DNA from: Auanema rhodensis
Taxonomy: Eukaryota > Animalia > Nematoda
Assembly: GCA_964057225.1 (NCBI GenBank)
Contig: OZ059897.1
Location: 10,230,001-10,294,000 of the forward strand
Direction: 5' to 3'
DNA: 64,000 bases
Part shown: positions 13,401-28,632 of the stretch, in pieces
Numbering within the stretch: position 1 is the stretch's first letter
Layout of the letters: the number at the start of each line of letters is the position of its first letter
Notes under the pieces: generated by a model
Seen by the model: only the letters and a program-made list of their open reading frames with translations
Database searches by the model: none
What the model was told of the DNA's origin: nothing
Made by a program: the position numbers and the translations under genes

Positions 13401-16400
13401 ATTTCAGTAACAATGAACACACTAACTTTGTTAAGTTGTTGTAATATCGGCCCAAGTAATATAGTGGTTAGTACTCCACGTTGTGGCCGTGGCGACACAG
13501 ATTCGATTCCTGTCTTGGGCATTTTTTGTTTTGAAATTTAAATGCTATAAAATTATTGCTTATTTGTCATGTTAGATTTCTTTAATTTGAATACTTATTC
13601 AAGTTCTAACAATTTTCGATTTAATCACGTTCAATCAACCGTATTGTTTTTAAAAATAAAGACAAAATTCAATTTCTGTTCATTGAATTAGAATTTTCAT
13701 GTTGTCACACAGGAAATGAAGAATCTTAGTTCATTTCAGTAACAATGAACACACTAACTTTGTTAAGTTGTTGTAATATCGGCCCAAGTAATATAGTGGT
13801 TAGTACTCCACGTTGTGGCCGTGGCGACACAGATTCGATTCCTGTCTTGGGCATTTTTTGTTCTGAAATTTGAATGCTATGAAATTATTGCTTGCTTGTC
13901 ATGTTAGATTTGTTTAATTTAAATACTTATTTAAGTTCTAACAATTTACGATTTAATCACGTTCAATCAACTGTATTGTTTTCAAAAATAAAGACATCTT
14001 TCAATTTCTCGTCATTGAATTAGAATTTTCATGTTGTCACACAGAAATTGAAGAATCTTAGTTCAATTCAGTAACACTGAACACACTAACTTTGTTAAGT
14101 TGTTGTAATATCGGCCCAAGTAATATAGTGGTTAGTACTCCACGTTGTGGCCGTGGCGACACAGGTTCGATTCCTGTCTTGGGCATTTTTTGTTTTGAAA
14201 TTTAAATGCTATGAAATTATTGCTTGTTTGTCATGTTAGACTTGTTTAATTTAAATACTTTTTCAAGTTCCAACAATTTTCGATTAAATCACGTTTAATT
14301 AACCGTATTGTTTTCAAAAATAAAGACATCTTTCAATTTCTGGTCATTGAATTAGAATTTTCATGTTGTCACACAGAAATTGAAGAATCTTAGTTCATTT
14401 CAGTAACAATGAACACACTAACTTTGTTAAGTTGTTGTAATATCGGCCCAAGTAATATAGTGGTTAGTACTCCACGTTGTGGCCGTGGCGACACAGATTC
14501 GATTCCTGTCTTGGGCATTTTTTGTTCTGAAATTTAAATGCTATGAAATTATTGCTTGCTTGTCATGTTAGACTTGTTTAATTTAAATACTTTTTCAAGT
14601 TCCAACCATTTTCGATTAAATCACGTTTAATTAACTGTATTGTTTTCAAAAATAAAGACAAAATTCAATTTCTGTTCATTGAATTAGAATTTTCATGTTG
14701 TCACACAGGAAATGAAGAATCTTAGTTCATTTCAGTAACAATGAACACAATAACTTTGTTTAGTTGTTGTAATATCGGCCCAAGTAGTATAGTGGTTAGT
14801 ACTCCACGTTGTGGCCGTGGCGACACAGGTTCGATTCCTGTCTTGGGCATTTTTTGTTTTGAAATTAGAATGCTATAAACATATTGCTTGCTTGTCATGT
14901 TAGATTTGTTTAATTCAAATACTTATTTAAGTTCCAACAATTTTCGATTTAATCACGTTCAATCAACTGTATTGTTTTCAAAAATAAAGACATCTTTCAA
15001 TTTCTGGTCATTGAATTAGAATTTTCATGTTGTCACACAGAAATTGAAGAATCTTAGTTCATTTCAGTAACAATGAACACACTAACTTTGTTAAGTTGTT
15101 GTAATATCGGCCCAAGTAATATAGTGGTTAGTACTCCACGTTGTGGCCGTGGCGACACAGATTCGATTCCTGTCTTGGGCATTTTTTGTTCTGAAATTTA
15201 AATGCTATGAAATTATTGCTTGCTTGTCATGTTAGATTTGTTTAATTTAAATACTTATTAAAGTTCTAACAATTTACGATTTAATCACGTTCAATCAACT
15301 GTATTGTTTTCAAAAATGAAGACATCTTTCAATTTCTCGTCATTGAATTAGAATTTTCATGTTGTCACACAGAAATTGAAGAATCTTAGTTCAATTCAGT
15401 AACACTGAACACACTAACTTTGTTAAGTTGTTGTAATATCGGCCCAAGTAATATAGTGGTTAGTACTCCACGTTGTGGCCGTGGCGACACAGATTCGATT
15501 CCTGTCTTGGGCATTTTTTGTTTTGAAATTTAAATGCTATAAAATTATTGCTTATTTGTCATGTTAGATTTCTTTAATTTGAATACTTATTCAAGTTCTA
15601 ACAATTTTCGATTTAATCACGTTCAATCAACCGTATTGTTTTCAAAAATAAAGACAAAATTCAATTTCTGTTCATTGAATTAGAATTTTCATGTTGTCAC
15701 ACAGGAAATGAAGAATCTTAGTTCAATTCAGTAACACTGAACACACTAACTTTGTTAAGTTGTTGTAATATCGGCCCAAGTAATATAGTGGTTAGTACTC
15801 CACGTTGTGGCCGTGGCGACACAGATTCGATTCCTGTCTTGGGCATTTTTTGTTTTGAAATTTAAATGCTATGAAATTATTGCTTGCTTGTCATGTTAGA
15901 TTTGTTTAATTAAAATACTTATTTAAGTTCCAACAATTTTCGATTAAATCACGTTCAATCAACCGTATTGTTTTTCAAAATAAAGACAAAATTCAATTTC
16001 TGTTCATTGAATTAGAATTTTCATGTTGTCACACCGGAAATGAAGAATCTTAGTTCATTTCAGTAACAATGAACACACTAACTTTGTTAAGTTGTTGTAA
16101 TATCGGCCCAAGTAATATAGTGGTTAGTACTCCACGTTGTGGCCGTGGCGACACAGATTCGATTCCTGTCTTGGGCATTTTTTGTTTTGAAATTTAAATG
16201 CTATAAAATTATTGCTTATTTGTCATGTTAGATTTCTTTAATTTGAATACTTATTCAAGTTCTAACAATTTTCGATTTAATCACGTTCAATCAACCGTAT
16301 TGTTTTTAAAAATAAAGACAAAATTCAATTTCTGTTCATTGAATTAGAATTTTCATGTTGTCACACAGGAAATGAAGAATCTTAGTTCATTTCAGTAACA

Positions 16401-19400
16401 ATGAACACACTAACTTTGTTAAGTTGTTGTAATATCGGCCCAAGTAATATAGTGGTTAGTACTCCACGTTGTGGCCGTGGCGACACAGATTCGATTCCTG
16501 TCTTGGGCATTTTTTGTTCTGAAATTTGAATGCTATGAAATTATTGCTTGCTTGTCATGTTAGATTTGTTTAATTTAAATACTTATTTAAGTTCTAACAA
16601 TTTACGATTTAATCACGTTCAATCAACTGTATTGTTTTCAAAAATAAAGACATCTTTCAATTTCTCGTCATTGAATTAGAATTTTCATGTTGTCACACAG
16701 AAATTGAAGAATCTTAGTTCAATTCAGTAACACTGAACACACTAACTTTGTTAAGTTGTTGTAATATCGGCCCAAGTAATATAGTGGTTAGTACTCCACG
16801 TTGTGGCCGTGGCGACACAGATTCGATTCCTGTCTTGGGCATTTTTTGTTTTGAAATTTAAATACTATAAAATTATTGCTTATTTGTCATGTTAGATTTC
16901 TTTAATCTGAATACTTATTCAAGTTCTAACAATTTTCGATTTAATCACGTTCAATCAACCGTATTGTTTTTAAAAATAAAGACAAAATTCAATTTCTGTT
17001 CATTGAATTAGAATTTTCATGTTGTCACACAGGAAATGAAGAATCTTAGTTCATTTCAGTAACAATGAACACACTAACTTTGTTAAGTTGTTGTAATATC
17101 GGCCCAAGTAATATAGTGGTTAGTACTCCACGTTGTGGCCGTGGCGACACAGATTCGATTCCTGTCTTGGGCATTTTTTGTTTTGAAATTTAAATACTAT
17201 AAAATTATTGCTTATTTGTCATGTTAGATTTCTTTAATTTGAATACTTATTCAAGTTCTAACAATTTTCGTATTAATCACGTTCAATCAACCGTATTGTT
17301 TTTAAAAATAAAGACAAAATTCAATTTCTGTTCATTGAATTAGAATTTTCATGTTGTCACACAGGAAATGAAGAATCTTAGTTCATTTCAGTAACAATGA
17401 ACACACTAACTTTGTTAAGTTGTTGTAATATCGGCCCAAGTAATATAGTGGTTAGTACTCCACGTTGTGGCCGTGGCGACACAGATTCGATTCCTGTCTT
17501 GGGCATTTTTTGTTTTGAAATTTAAATGCTATGAAATTATTGCTTGCTTGTCATGTTAGATTTGTTTAATTAAAATACTTATTTAAGTTCCAACAATTTT
17601 CGATTAAATCACGTTCAATCAACCGTATTGTTTTTCAAAATAAAGACAAAATTCAATTTCTGTTCATTGAATTAGAATTTTCATGTTGTCACACCGGAAA
17701 TGAAGAATCTTAGTTCATTTCAGTAACAATGAACACACTAACTTTGTTAAGTTGTTGTAATATCGGCCCAAGTAATATAGTGGTTAGTACTCCACGTTGT
17801 GGCCGTGGCGACACAGATTCGATTCCTGTCTTGGGCATTTTTTGTTTTGAAATTTAAATACTATAAAATTATTGCTTATTTGTCATGTTAGATTTCTTTA
17901 ATTTGAATACTTATTCAAGTTCTAACAATTTTCGATTTAATCACGTTCAATCAACCGTATTGTTTTTAAAAATAAAGACAAAATTCAATTTCTGTTCATT
18001 GAATTAGAATTTTCATGTTGTCACACAGGAAATGAAGAATCTTAGTTCATTTCAGTAACAATGAACACACTAACTTTGTTAAGTTGTTGTAATATCGGCC
18101 CAAGTAATATAGTGGTTAGTACTCCACGTTGTGGCCGTGGCGACACAGATTCGATTCCTGTCTTGGGCATTTTTTGTTTTGAAATTTAAATACTATAAAA
18201 TTATTGCTTATTTGTCATGTTAGATTTCTTTAATTTGAATACTTATTCAAGTTCTAACAATTTTCGATTTAATCACGTTCAATCAACCGTATTGTTTTTA
18301 AAAATAAAGACAAAATTCAATTTCTGTTCATTGAATTAGAATTTTCATGTTGTCACACAGGAAATGAAGAATCTTAGTTCATTTCAGTAACAATGAACAC
18401 ACTAACTTTGTTAAGTTGTTGTAATATCGGCCCAAGTAATATAGTGGTTAGTACTCCACGTTGTGGCCGTGGCGACACAGATTCGATTCCTGTCTTGGAC
18501 ATTTTTTGTTCTGAAATTTAAATGCTATGAAATTATTGCTTGCTTGTCATGTTAGATTTGTTTAATTTAAATACTTATTTAAGTTCTAACAATTTACGAT
18601 TTAATCACGTTCAATCAACTGTATTGTTTTCAAAAATAAAGACATCTTTCAATTTCTCGTCATTGAATTAGAATTTTCATGTTGTCACACAGAAATTGAA
18701 GAATCTTAGTTCAATTCAGTAACACTGAACACACTAACTTTGTTAAGTTGTTGTAATATCGGCCCAAGTAATATAGTGGTTAGTACTCCACGTTGTGGCC
18801 GTGGCGACACAGATTCGATTCCTGTCTTGGGCATTTTTTGTTTTGAAATTTAAATGCTATAAAATTATTGCTTATTTGTCATGTTAGATTTCTTTAATTT
18901 GAATACTTATTCAAGTTCTAACAATTTTCGATTTAATCACGTTCAATCAACCGTATTGTTTTCAAAAATAAAGACAAAATTCAATTTCTGTTCATTGAAT
19001 TAGAATTTTCATGTTGTCACACAGGAAATGAAGAATCTTAGTTCAATTCAGTAACACTGAACACACTAACTTTGTTAAGTTGTTGTAATATCGGCCCAAG
19101 TAATATAGTGGTTAGTACTCCACGTTGTGGCCGTGGCGACACAGATTCGATTCCTGTCTTGGGCATTTTTTGTTTTGAAATTTAAATGCTATAAAATTAT
19201 TGCTTATTTGTCATGTTAGATTTCTTTAATTTGAATACTTATTCAAGTTCTAACAATTTTCGATTTAATCACGTTCAATCAACCGTATTGTTTTCAAAAA
19301 TAAAGACAAAATTCAATTTCTGTTCATTGAATTAGAATTTTCATGTTGTCACACAGGAAATGAAGAATCTTAGTTCAATTCAGTAACACTGAACACACTA

Positions 19401-22400
19401 ACTTTGTTAAGTTGTTGTAATATCGGCCCAAGTAATATAGTGGTTAGTACTCCACGTTGTGGCCGTGGCGACACAGATTCGATTCCTGTCTTGGGCATTT
19501 TTTGTTTTGAAATTTAAATGCTATGAAATTATTGCTTTTCTTGTCATGTTAGATTTGTTTAATTAAAATACTTATTTAAGTTCCAACAATTTTCGATTAA
19601 ATCACGTTCAATCAACCGTATTGTTTTTCAAAATAAAGACAAAATTCAATTTCTGTTCATTGAATTAGAATTTTCATGTTGTCACACCGGAAATGAAGAA
19701 TCTTAGTTCATTTCAGTAACAATGAACACACTAACTTTGTTAAGTTGTTGTAATATCGGCCCAAGTAATATAGTGGTTAGTACTCCACGTTGTGGCCGTG
19801 GCGACACAGATTCGATTCCTGTCTTGGGCATTTTTTGTTTTGAAATTTAAATACTATAAAATTATTGCTTATTTGTCATGTTAGATTTCTTTAATTTGAA
19901 TACTTATTCAAGTTCTAACAATTTTCGATTTAATCACGTTCAATCAACCGTATTGTTTTTAAAAATAAAGACAAAATTCAATTTCTGTTCATTGAATTAG
20001 AATTTTCATGTTGTCACACAGGAAATGAAGAATCTTAGTTCATTTCAGTAACAATGAACACACTAACTTTGTTAAGTTGTTGTAATATCGGCCCAAGTAA
20101 TATAGTGGTTAGTACTCCACGTTGTGGCCGTGGCGACACAGATTCGATTCCTGTCTTGGGCATTTTTTGTTTTGAAATTTAAATACTATAAAATTATTGC
20201 TTATTTGTCATGTTAGATTTCTTTAATTTGAATACTTATTCAAGTTCTAACAATTTTCGATTTAATCACGTTCAATCAACCGTATTGTTTTTAAAAATAA
20301 AGACAAAATTCAATTTCTGTTCATTGAATTAGAATTTTCATGTTGTCACACAGGAAATGAAGAATCTTAGTTCATTTCAGTAACAATGAACACACTAACT
20401 TTGTTAAGTTGTTGTAATATCGGCCCAAGTAATATAGTGGTTAGTACTCCACGTTGTGGCCGTGGCGACACAGATTCGATTCCTGTCTTGGACATTTTTT
20501 GTTCTGAAATTTAAATGCTATGAAATTATTGCTTGCTTGTCATGTTAGATTTGTTTAATTTAAATACTTATTTAAGTTCTAACAATTTACGATTTAATCA
20601 CGTTCAATCAACTGTATTGTTTTCAAAAATAAAGACATCTTTCAATTTCTCGTCATTGAATTAGAATTTTCATGTTGTCACACAGAAATTGAAGAATCTT
20701 AGTTCAATTCAGTAACACTGAACACACTAACTTTGTTAAGTTGTTGTAATATCGGCCCAAGTAATATAGTGGTTAGTACTCCACGTTGTGGCCGTGGCGA
20801 CACAGATTCGATTCCTGTCTTGGGCATTTTTTGTTTTGAAATTTAAATGCTATAAAATTATTGCTTATTTGTCATGTTAGATTTCTTTAATTTGAATACT
20901 TATTCAAGTTCTAACAATTTTCGATTTAATCACGTTCAATCAACCGTATTGTTTTCAAAAATAAAGACAAAATTCAATTTCTGTTCATTGAATTAGAATT
21001 TTCATGTTGTCACACAGGAAATGAAGAATCTTAGTTCAATTCAGTAACACTGAACACACTAACTTTGTTAAGTTGTTGTAATATCGGCCCAAGTAATATA
21101 GTGGTTAGTACTCCACGTTGTGGCCGTGGCGACACAGATTCGATTCCTGTCTTGGGCATTTTTTGTTTTGAAATTTAAATGCTATAAAATTATTGCTTAT
21201 TTGTCATGTTAGATTTCTTTAATTTGAATACTTATTCAAGTTCTAACAATTTTCGATTTAATCACGTTCAATCAACCGTATTGTTTTTAAAAATAAAGAC
21301 AAAATTCAATTTCTGTTCATTGAATTAGAATTTTCATGTTGTCACACAGGAAATGAAGAATCTTAGTTCATTTCAGTAACAATGAACACACTAACTTTGT
21401 TAAGTTGTTGTAATATCGGCCCAAGTAATATAGTGGTTAGTACTCCACGTTGTGGCCGTGGCGACACAGATTCGATTCCTGTCTTGGGCATTTTTTGTTC
21501 TGAAATTTGAATGCTATGAAATTATTGCTTGCTTGTCATGTTAGATTTGTTTAATTTAAATACTTATTTAAGTTCTAACAATTTACGATTTAATCACGTT
21601 CAATCAACTGTATTGTTTTCAAAAATAAAGACATCTTTCAATTTCTCGTCATTGAATTAGAATTTTCATGTTGTCACACAGAAATTGAAGAATCTTAGTT
21701 CAATTCAGTAACACTGAACACACTAACTTTGTTAAGTTGTTGTAATATCGGCCCAAGTAATATAGTGGTTAGTACTCCACGTTGTGGCCGTGGCGACACA
21801 GATTCGATTCCTGTCTTGGGCATTTTTTGTTTTGAAATTTAAATGCTATGAAATTATTGCTTGCTTGTCATGTTAGATTTGTTTAATTAAAATACTTATT
21901 TAAGTTCCAACAATTTTCGATTAAATCACGTTCAATCAACCGTATTGTTTTTCAAAATAAAGACAAAATTCAATTTCTGTTCATTGAATTAGAATTTTCA
22001 TGTTGTCACACCGGAAATGAAGAATCTTAGTTCATTTCAGTAACAATGAACACACTAACTTTGTTAAGTTGTTGTAATATCGGCCCAAGTAATATAGTGG
22101 TTAGTACTCCACGTTGTGGCCGTGGCGACACAGATTCGATTCCTGTCTTGGGCATTTTTTGTTTTGAAATTTAAATACTATAAAATTATTGCTTATTTGT
22201 CATGTTAGATTTCTTTAATTTGAATACTTATTCAAGTTCTAACAATTTTCGATTTAATCACGTTCAATCAACCGTATTGTTTTTAAAAATAAAGACAAAA
22301 TTCAATTTCTGTTCATTGAATTAGAATTTTCATGTTGTCACACAGGAAATGAAGAATCTTAGTTCATTTCAGTAACAATGAACACACTAACTTTGTTAAG

Positions 22401-25400
22401 TTGTTGTAATATCGGCCCAAGTAATATAGTGGTTAGTACTCCACGTTGTGGCCGTGGCGACACAGATTCGATTCCTGTCTTGGGCATTTTTTGTTTTGAA
22501 ATTTAAATACTATAAAATTATTGCTTATTTGTCATGTTAGATTTCTTTAATTTGAATACTTATTCAAGTTCTAACAATTTTCGATTTAATCACGTTCAAT
22601 CAACCGTATTGTTTTTAAAAATAAAGACAAAATTCAATTTCTGTTCATTGAATTAGAATTTTCATGTTGTCACACAGGAAATGAAGAATCTTAGTTCATT
22701 TCAGTAACAATGAACACACTAACTTTGTTAAGTTGTTGTAATATCGGCCCAAGTAATATAGTGGTTAGTACTCCACGTTGTGGCCGTGGCGACACAGATT
22801 CGATTCCTGTCTTGGACATTTTTTGTTCTGAAATTTAAATGCTATGAAATTATTGCTTGCTTGTCATGTTAGATTTGTTTAATTTAAATACTTATTTAAG
22901 TTCTAACAATTTACGATTTAATCACGTTCAATCAACTGTATTGTTTTCAAAAATAAAGACATCTTTCAATTTCTCGTCATTGAATTAGAATTTTCATGTT
23001 GTCACACAGAAATTGAAGAATCTTAGTTCAATTCAGTAACACTGAACACACTAACTTTGTTAAGTTGTTGTAATATCGGCCCAAGTAATATAGTGGTTAG
23101 TACTCCACGTTGTGGCCGTGGCGACACAGATTCGATTCCTGTCTTGGGCATTTTTTGTTTTGAAATTTAAATGCTATAAAATTATTGCTTATTTGTCATG
23201 TTAGATTTCTTTAATTTGAATACTTATTCAAGTTCTAACAATTTTCGATTTAATCACGTTCAATCAACCGTATTGTTTTCAAAAATAAAGACAAAATTCA
23301 ATTTCTGTTCATTGAATTAGAATTTTCATGTTGTCACACAGGAAATGAAGAATCTTAGTTCAATTCAGTAACACTGAACACACTAACTTTGTTAAGTTGT
23401 TGTAATATCGGCCCAAGTAATATAGTGGTTAGTACTCCACGTTGTGGCCGTGGCGACACAGATTCGATTCCTGTCTTGGGCATTTTTTGTTTTGAAATTT
23501 AAATGCTATGAAATTATTGCTTGCTTGTCATGTTAGATTTGTTTAATTAAAATACTTATTTAAGTTCCAACAATTTTCGATTAAATCACGTTCAATCAAC
23601 CGTATTGTTTTTCAAAATAAAGACAAAATTCAATTTCTGTTCATTGAATTAGAATTTTCATGTTGTCACACCGGAAATGAAGAATCTTAGTTCATTTCAG
23701 TAACAATGAACACACTAACTTTGTTAAGTTGTTGTAATATCGGCCCAAGTAATATAGTGGTTAGTACTCCACGTTGTGGCCGTGGCGACACAGATTCGAT
23801 TCCTGTCTTGGGCATTTTTTGTTTTGAAATTTAAATGCTATAAAATTATTGCTTATTTGTCATGTTAGATTTCTTTAATTTGAATACTTATTCAAGTTCT
23901 AACAATTTTCGATTTAATCACGTTCAATCAACCGTATTGTTTTTAAAAATAAAGACAAAATTCAATTTCTGTTCATTGAATTAGAATTTTCATGTTGTCA
24001 CACAGGAAATGAAGAATCTTAGTTCATTTCAGTAACAATGAACACACTAACTTTGTTAAGTTGTTGTAATATCGGCCCAAGTAATATAGTGGTTAGTACT
24101 CCACGTTGTGGCCGTGGCGACACAGATTCGATTCCTGTCTTGGGCATTTTTTGTTCTGAAATTTGAATGCTATGAAATTATTGCCTGCTTGTCATGTTAG
24201 ATTTGTTTAATTTAAATACTTATTTAAGTTCTAACAATTTACGATTTAATCACGTTCAATCAACTGTATTGTTTTCAAAAATAAAGACATCTTTCAATTT
24301 CTCGTCATTGAATTAGAATTTTCATGTTGTCACACAGAAATTGAAGAATCTTAGTTCAATTCAGTAACACTGAACACACTAACTTTGTTAAGTTGTTGTA
24401 ATATCGGCCCAAGTAATATAGTGGTTAGTACTCCACGTTGTGGCCGTGGCGACACAGATTCGATTCCTGTCTTGGGCATTTTTTGTTTTGAAATTTAAAT
24501 ACTATAAAATTATTGCTTATTTGTCATGTTAGATTTCTTTAATTTGAATACTTATTCAAGTTCTAACAATTTTCGATTTAATCACGTTCAATCAACCGTA
24601 TTGTTTTTAAAAATAAAGACAAAATTCAATTTCTGTTCATTGAATTAGAATTTTCATGTTGTCACACAGGAAATGAAGAATCTTAGTTCATTTCAGTAAC
24701 AATGAACACACTAACTTTGTTAAGTTGTTGTAATATCGGCCCAAGTAATATAGTGGTTAGTACTCCACGTTGTGGCCGTGGCGACACAGATTCGATTCCT
24801 GTCTTGGGCATTTTTTGTTTTGAAATTTAAATACTATAAAATTATTGCTTATTTGTCATGTTAGATTTCTTTAATTTGAATACTTATTCAAGTTCTAACA
24901 ATTTTCGATTTAATCACGTTCAATCAACCGTATTGTTTTTAAAAATAAAGACAAAATTCAATTTCTGTTCATTGAATTAGAATTTTCATGTTGTCACACA
25001 GGAAATGAAGAATCTTAGTTCATTTCAGTAACAATGAACACACTAACTTTGTTAAGTTGTTGTAATATCGGCCCAAGTAATATAGTGGTTAGTACTCCAC
25101 ATTGTGGCCGTGGCGACACAGATTCGATTCCTGTCTTGGACATTTTTTGTTCTGAAATTTAAATGCTATGAAATTATTGCTTGCTTGTCATGTTAGATTT
25201 GTTTAATTTAAATACTTATTTAAGTTCTAACAATTTACGATTTAATCACGTTCAATCAACTGTATTGTTTTCAAAAATAAAGACATCTTTCAATTTCTCG
25301 TCATTGAATTAGAATTTTCATGTTGTCACACAGAAATTGAAGAATCTTAGTTCAATTCAGTAACACTGAACACACTAACTTTGTTAAGTTGTTGTAATAT

Positions 25401-28386
25401 CGGCCCAAGTAATATAGTGGTTAGTACTCCACGTTGTGGCCGTGGCGACACAGATTCGATTCCTGTCTTGGGCATTTTTTGTTCTGAAATTTAAATGCTA
25501 TGAAATTATTGCTTGCTTGTCATGTTAGATTTGTTTAATTTAAATACTTATTTAAGTTCTAACAATTTACGATTTAATCACGTTCAATCAACTGTATTGT
25601 TTTCAAAAATAAAGACATCTTTCAATTTCTCGTCATTGAATTAGAATTTTCATGTTGTCACACAGAAATTGAAGAATCTTAGTTCAATTCAGTAACACTG
25701 AACACACTAACTTTGTTAAGTTGTTGTAATATCGGCCCAAGTAATATAGTGGTTAGTACTCCACGTTGTGGCCGTGGCGACACAGATTCGATTCCTGTCT
25801 TGGGCATTTTTTGTTTTGAAATTTAAATGCTATAAAATTATTGCTTATTTGTCATGTTAGATTTCTTTAATTTGAATACTTATTCAAGTTCTAACAATTT
25901 TCGATTTAATCACGTTCAATCAACCGTATTGTTTTCAAAAATAAAGACAAAATTCAATTTCTGTTCATTGAATTAGAATTTTCATGTTGTCACACAGGAA
26001 ATGAAGAATCTTAGTTCAATTCAGTAACACTGAACACACTAACTTTGTTAAGTTGTTGTAATATCGGCCCAAGTAATATAGTGGTTAGTACTCCACGTTG
26101 TGGCCGTGGCGACACAGATTCGATTCCTGTCTTGGGCATTTTTTGTTTTGAAATTTAAATGCTATGAAATTATTGCTTGCTTGTCATGTTAGATTTGTTT
26201 AATTAAAATACTTATTTAAGTTCCAACAATTTTCGATTAAATCACGTTCAATCAACCGTATTGTTTTTCAAAATAGAGACAAAATTCAATTTCTGTTCAT
26301 TGAATTAGAATTTTCATGTTGTCACACCGGAAATGAAGAATCTTAGTTCATTTCAGTAACAATGAACACACTAACTTTGTTAAGTTGTTGTAATATCGGC
26401 CCAAGTAATATAGTGGTTAGTACTCCACGTTGTGGCCGTGGCGACACAGATTCGATTCCTGTCTTGGGCATTTTTTGTTTTGAAATTTAAATGCTATAAA
26501 ATTATTGCTTATTTGTCATGTTAGATTTGTTTAATTTAAATACTTATTTAAGTTCTAACAATTTTTGATTTAATCACGTTCAATCAACTGTATTGTTTTC
26601 AAAAATAAAGACATCTTTCAATTTCTGGTCATTGAATTAGAATTTTCATGTTGTCACACAGGAAATGAAGAATCTTAGTTCATTTCAGTAACAATGAACA
26701 CAATAATTTGGTTTAGTTTGTAATACCGGCCCAAGTAGTATAGTGGTTAGTACTCCACGTTGTGGCCGTGGCAACACAGGTTCGATTCCTGTCTTGGGCA
26801 TTTTTTGTTTTGAAATTAAAATGCTATAAACATATTGCTTGCTTGTCATGTTAGATTTGTTTAATTTAAATACTTATTTAAGTTCTAACAATTTTTGATT
26901 TAATCACGTTCAATTAACTGTATTGTTTTCAAAAATAAAGACATCTTTCAATTTCTGGTCATTGAATTAGAATTTTCATGTTGTCACACAGGAAATGAAG
27001 AATCTCAGTTCATTTCAGTAACAATGAACACACTAACTTTGTTAAGTTGTTGTAATATCGGCCCAAGTAATATAGTGGTTAGTACTCCACGTTGTGGCCG
27101 TGGCGACACAGGTTCGATTCCTGTCTTGGGCATTTTTTGTTTTGAAATTTAAATGCTATAAAATTATTGCTTGCTTGTCATGTTAGATTTGTTTAATTCA
27201 AATACTTATTTAAGTTCTAACAATTTTTGATTTAATCACGTTCAATTAACTGTATTGTTTTCAAAAATAAAGACATTTTTCAATTTCTGGTCATTGAATT
27301 AGAATTTTCATGTTGTCACACAGGAAATGAAGAATCTTAGTTCATTTCAGTAACAATGAACACACTAACTTTGTTAAGTTGTTGTAATATCGGCCCAAGT
27401 AGTATAGTGGTTAGTACTCCACGTTGTGGCCGTGGCGACACAGGTTCGATTCTTGTCTTGGGCATTTTTTGTTTTGAAATTAAAATGCTATAAACATATT
27501 GCTTGCTTGTCATGTTAGATTTGTTCAATTTAAATACTTATTTAAGTTCTAACAATTTTTGATTTAATCACGTTCAATTAACTGTATTGTTTTCAAAAAT
27601 AAAGACATCTTTCAATTTCTGGTCATTGATTTAGAATTTTCATGTTGTCACACAGGAAATGAAGAATCTTAGTTCATTTCAGTAACAATGAACACAATAA
27701 TTTTGTTTAGTTTGTAATACCGGCCCAAGTAGTATAGTGGTTAGTACTCCACGTTGTGGCCGTGGCGACACAGGTTCGATTCCTGTCTTGGGCATTTTTT
27801 GTTTTGAAATTTAAATGCTATAAAATTATTGCTTGCTTGTCATGTTAGATTTGTTTAATTTAAATACTTATTTAAGTTCCAACAATTTTCGATTAAATCA
27901 CATTCAATTAACTGTATTGTTTTCAAAAATAAAGACAAAATTCAACTTCTGTTCATTGAATTAGAATTTTCATGTTGTCACACAGAAATTGAAGAATCTT
28001 AGTTCATTTCAGTAACAATGAACACACTAACTTTGTTAAGTTGTTGTAATATCGGCCCAAGTAGTATAGTGGTTAGTACTCCACGTTGTGGCCGTGGCGA
28101 CACAGGTTCGATTCCTGTCTTGGGCATTTTTTGTTTTGAAATTAAAATGCTATAAAATTATTGCTTGCTTGTCATGTTAGATTTGTTTAATTTAAATACT
28201 CATTTAAGTTCCAACAATTTTCGATTTAATCACGTTCAATTAACTGTATTGTTTTCAAAAATAAAGACATCTTTCAATTTCTGGTCATTGAATTAGAATT
28301 TTCATGTTGTCACACAGGAAATGAAGAATCTTAGTTCATTTCAGTAACAATGAACACACTAACTTTGTTAAGTTGTTGTAATATCG

Positions 28387-28458
28387 GCCCAAGTAGTATA
28401 GTGGTTAGTACTCCACGTTGTGGCCGTGGCGACACAGGTTCGATTCCTGTCTTGGGCA
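28387..28458 (+). tRNA. tRNA-His(GUG), canonical allele (representative)
   Basis: Acceptor GCCCAAG/CTTGGGC, D-stem GTAT/GTAC, anticodon stem CCACG/CGTGG with loop TTGTGGC, T-arm ACAGG-TTCGATT-CCTGT, discriminator A; intact A- and B-boxes. Confidence 0.95.
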
Positions 28459-28464
28459 TTTTTT
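28459..28464 (+). terminator. Pol III oligo-T terminator (representative; present after nearly every copy)
   Basis: TTTTTT immediately after the discriminator base. Confidence 0.85.
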
Positions 28465-28632
28465 GTTTTGAAATTTAAATGCTATGAAATTATTGCTTGC
28501 TTGTCATGTTAGATTTGTCTAATTTAAATACTTATTTAAGTTCTAACAATTTCTGATCACGTTCAATTAACTGTATTGTTTTCAAAAATAAAGACATCTT
28601 TCAATTTCTGGTCATTGAATTAGAATTTTCAT

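Larger units (their letters stand above)
7530..28632 (+). repeat. Tandem tRNA-His(GUG) array, central block, ~63 copies, ~332-bp unit
   Basis: tRNA starts at 7807, 8139, 8471 ... 28387. Each is followed by a TTTTTT Pol III terminator. Most copies carry A10 and/or A53. Confidence 0.97.
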
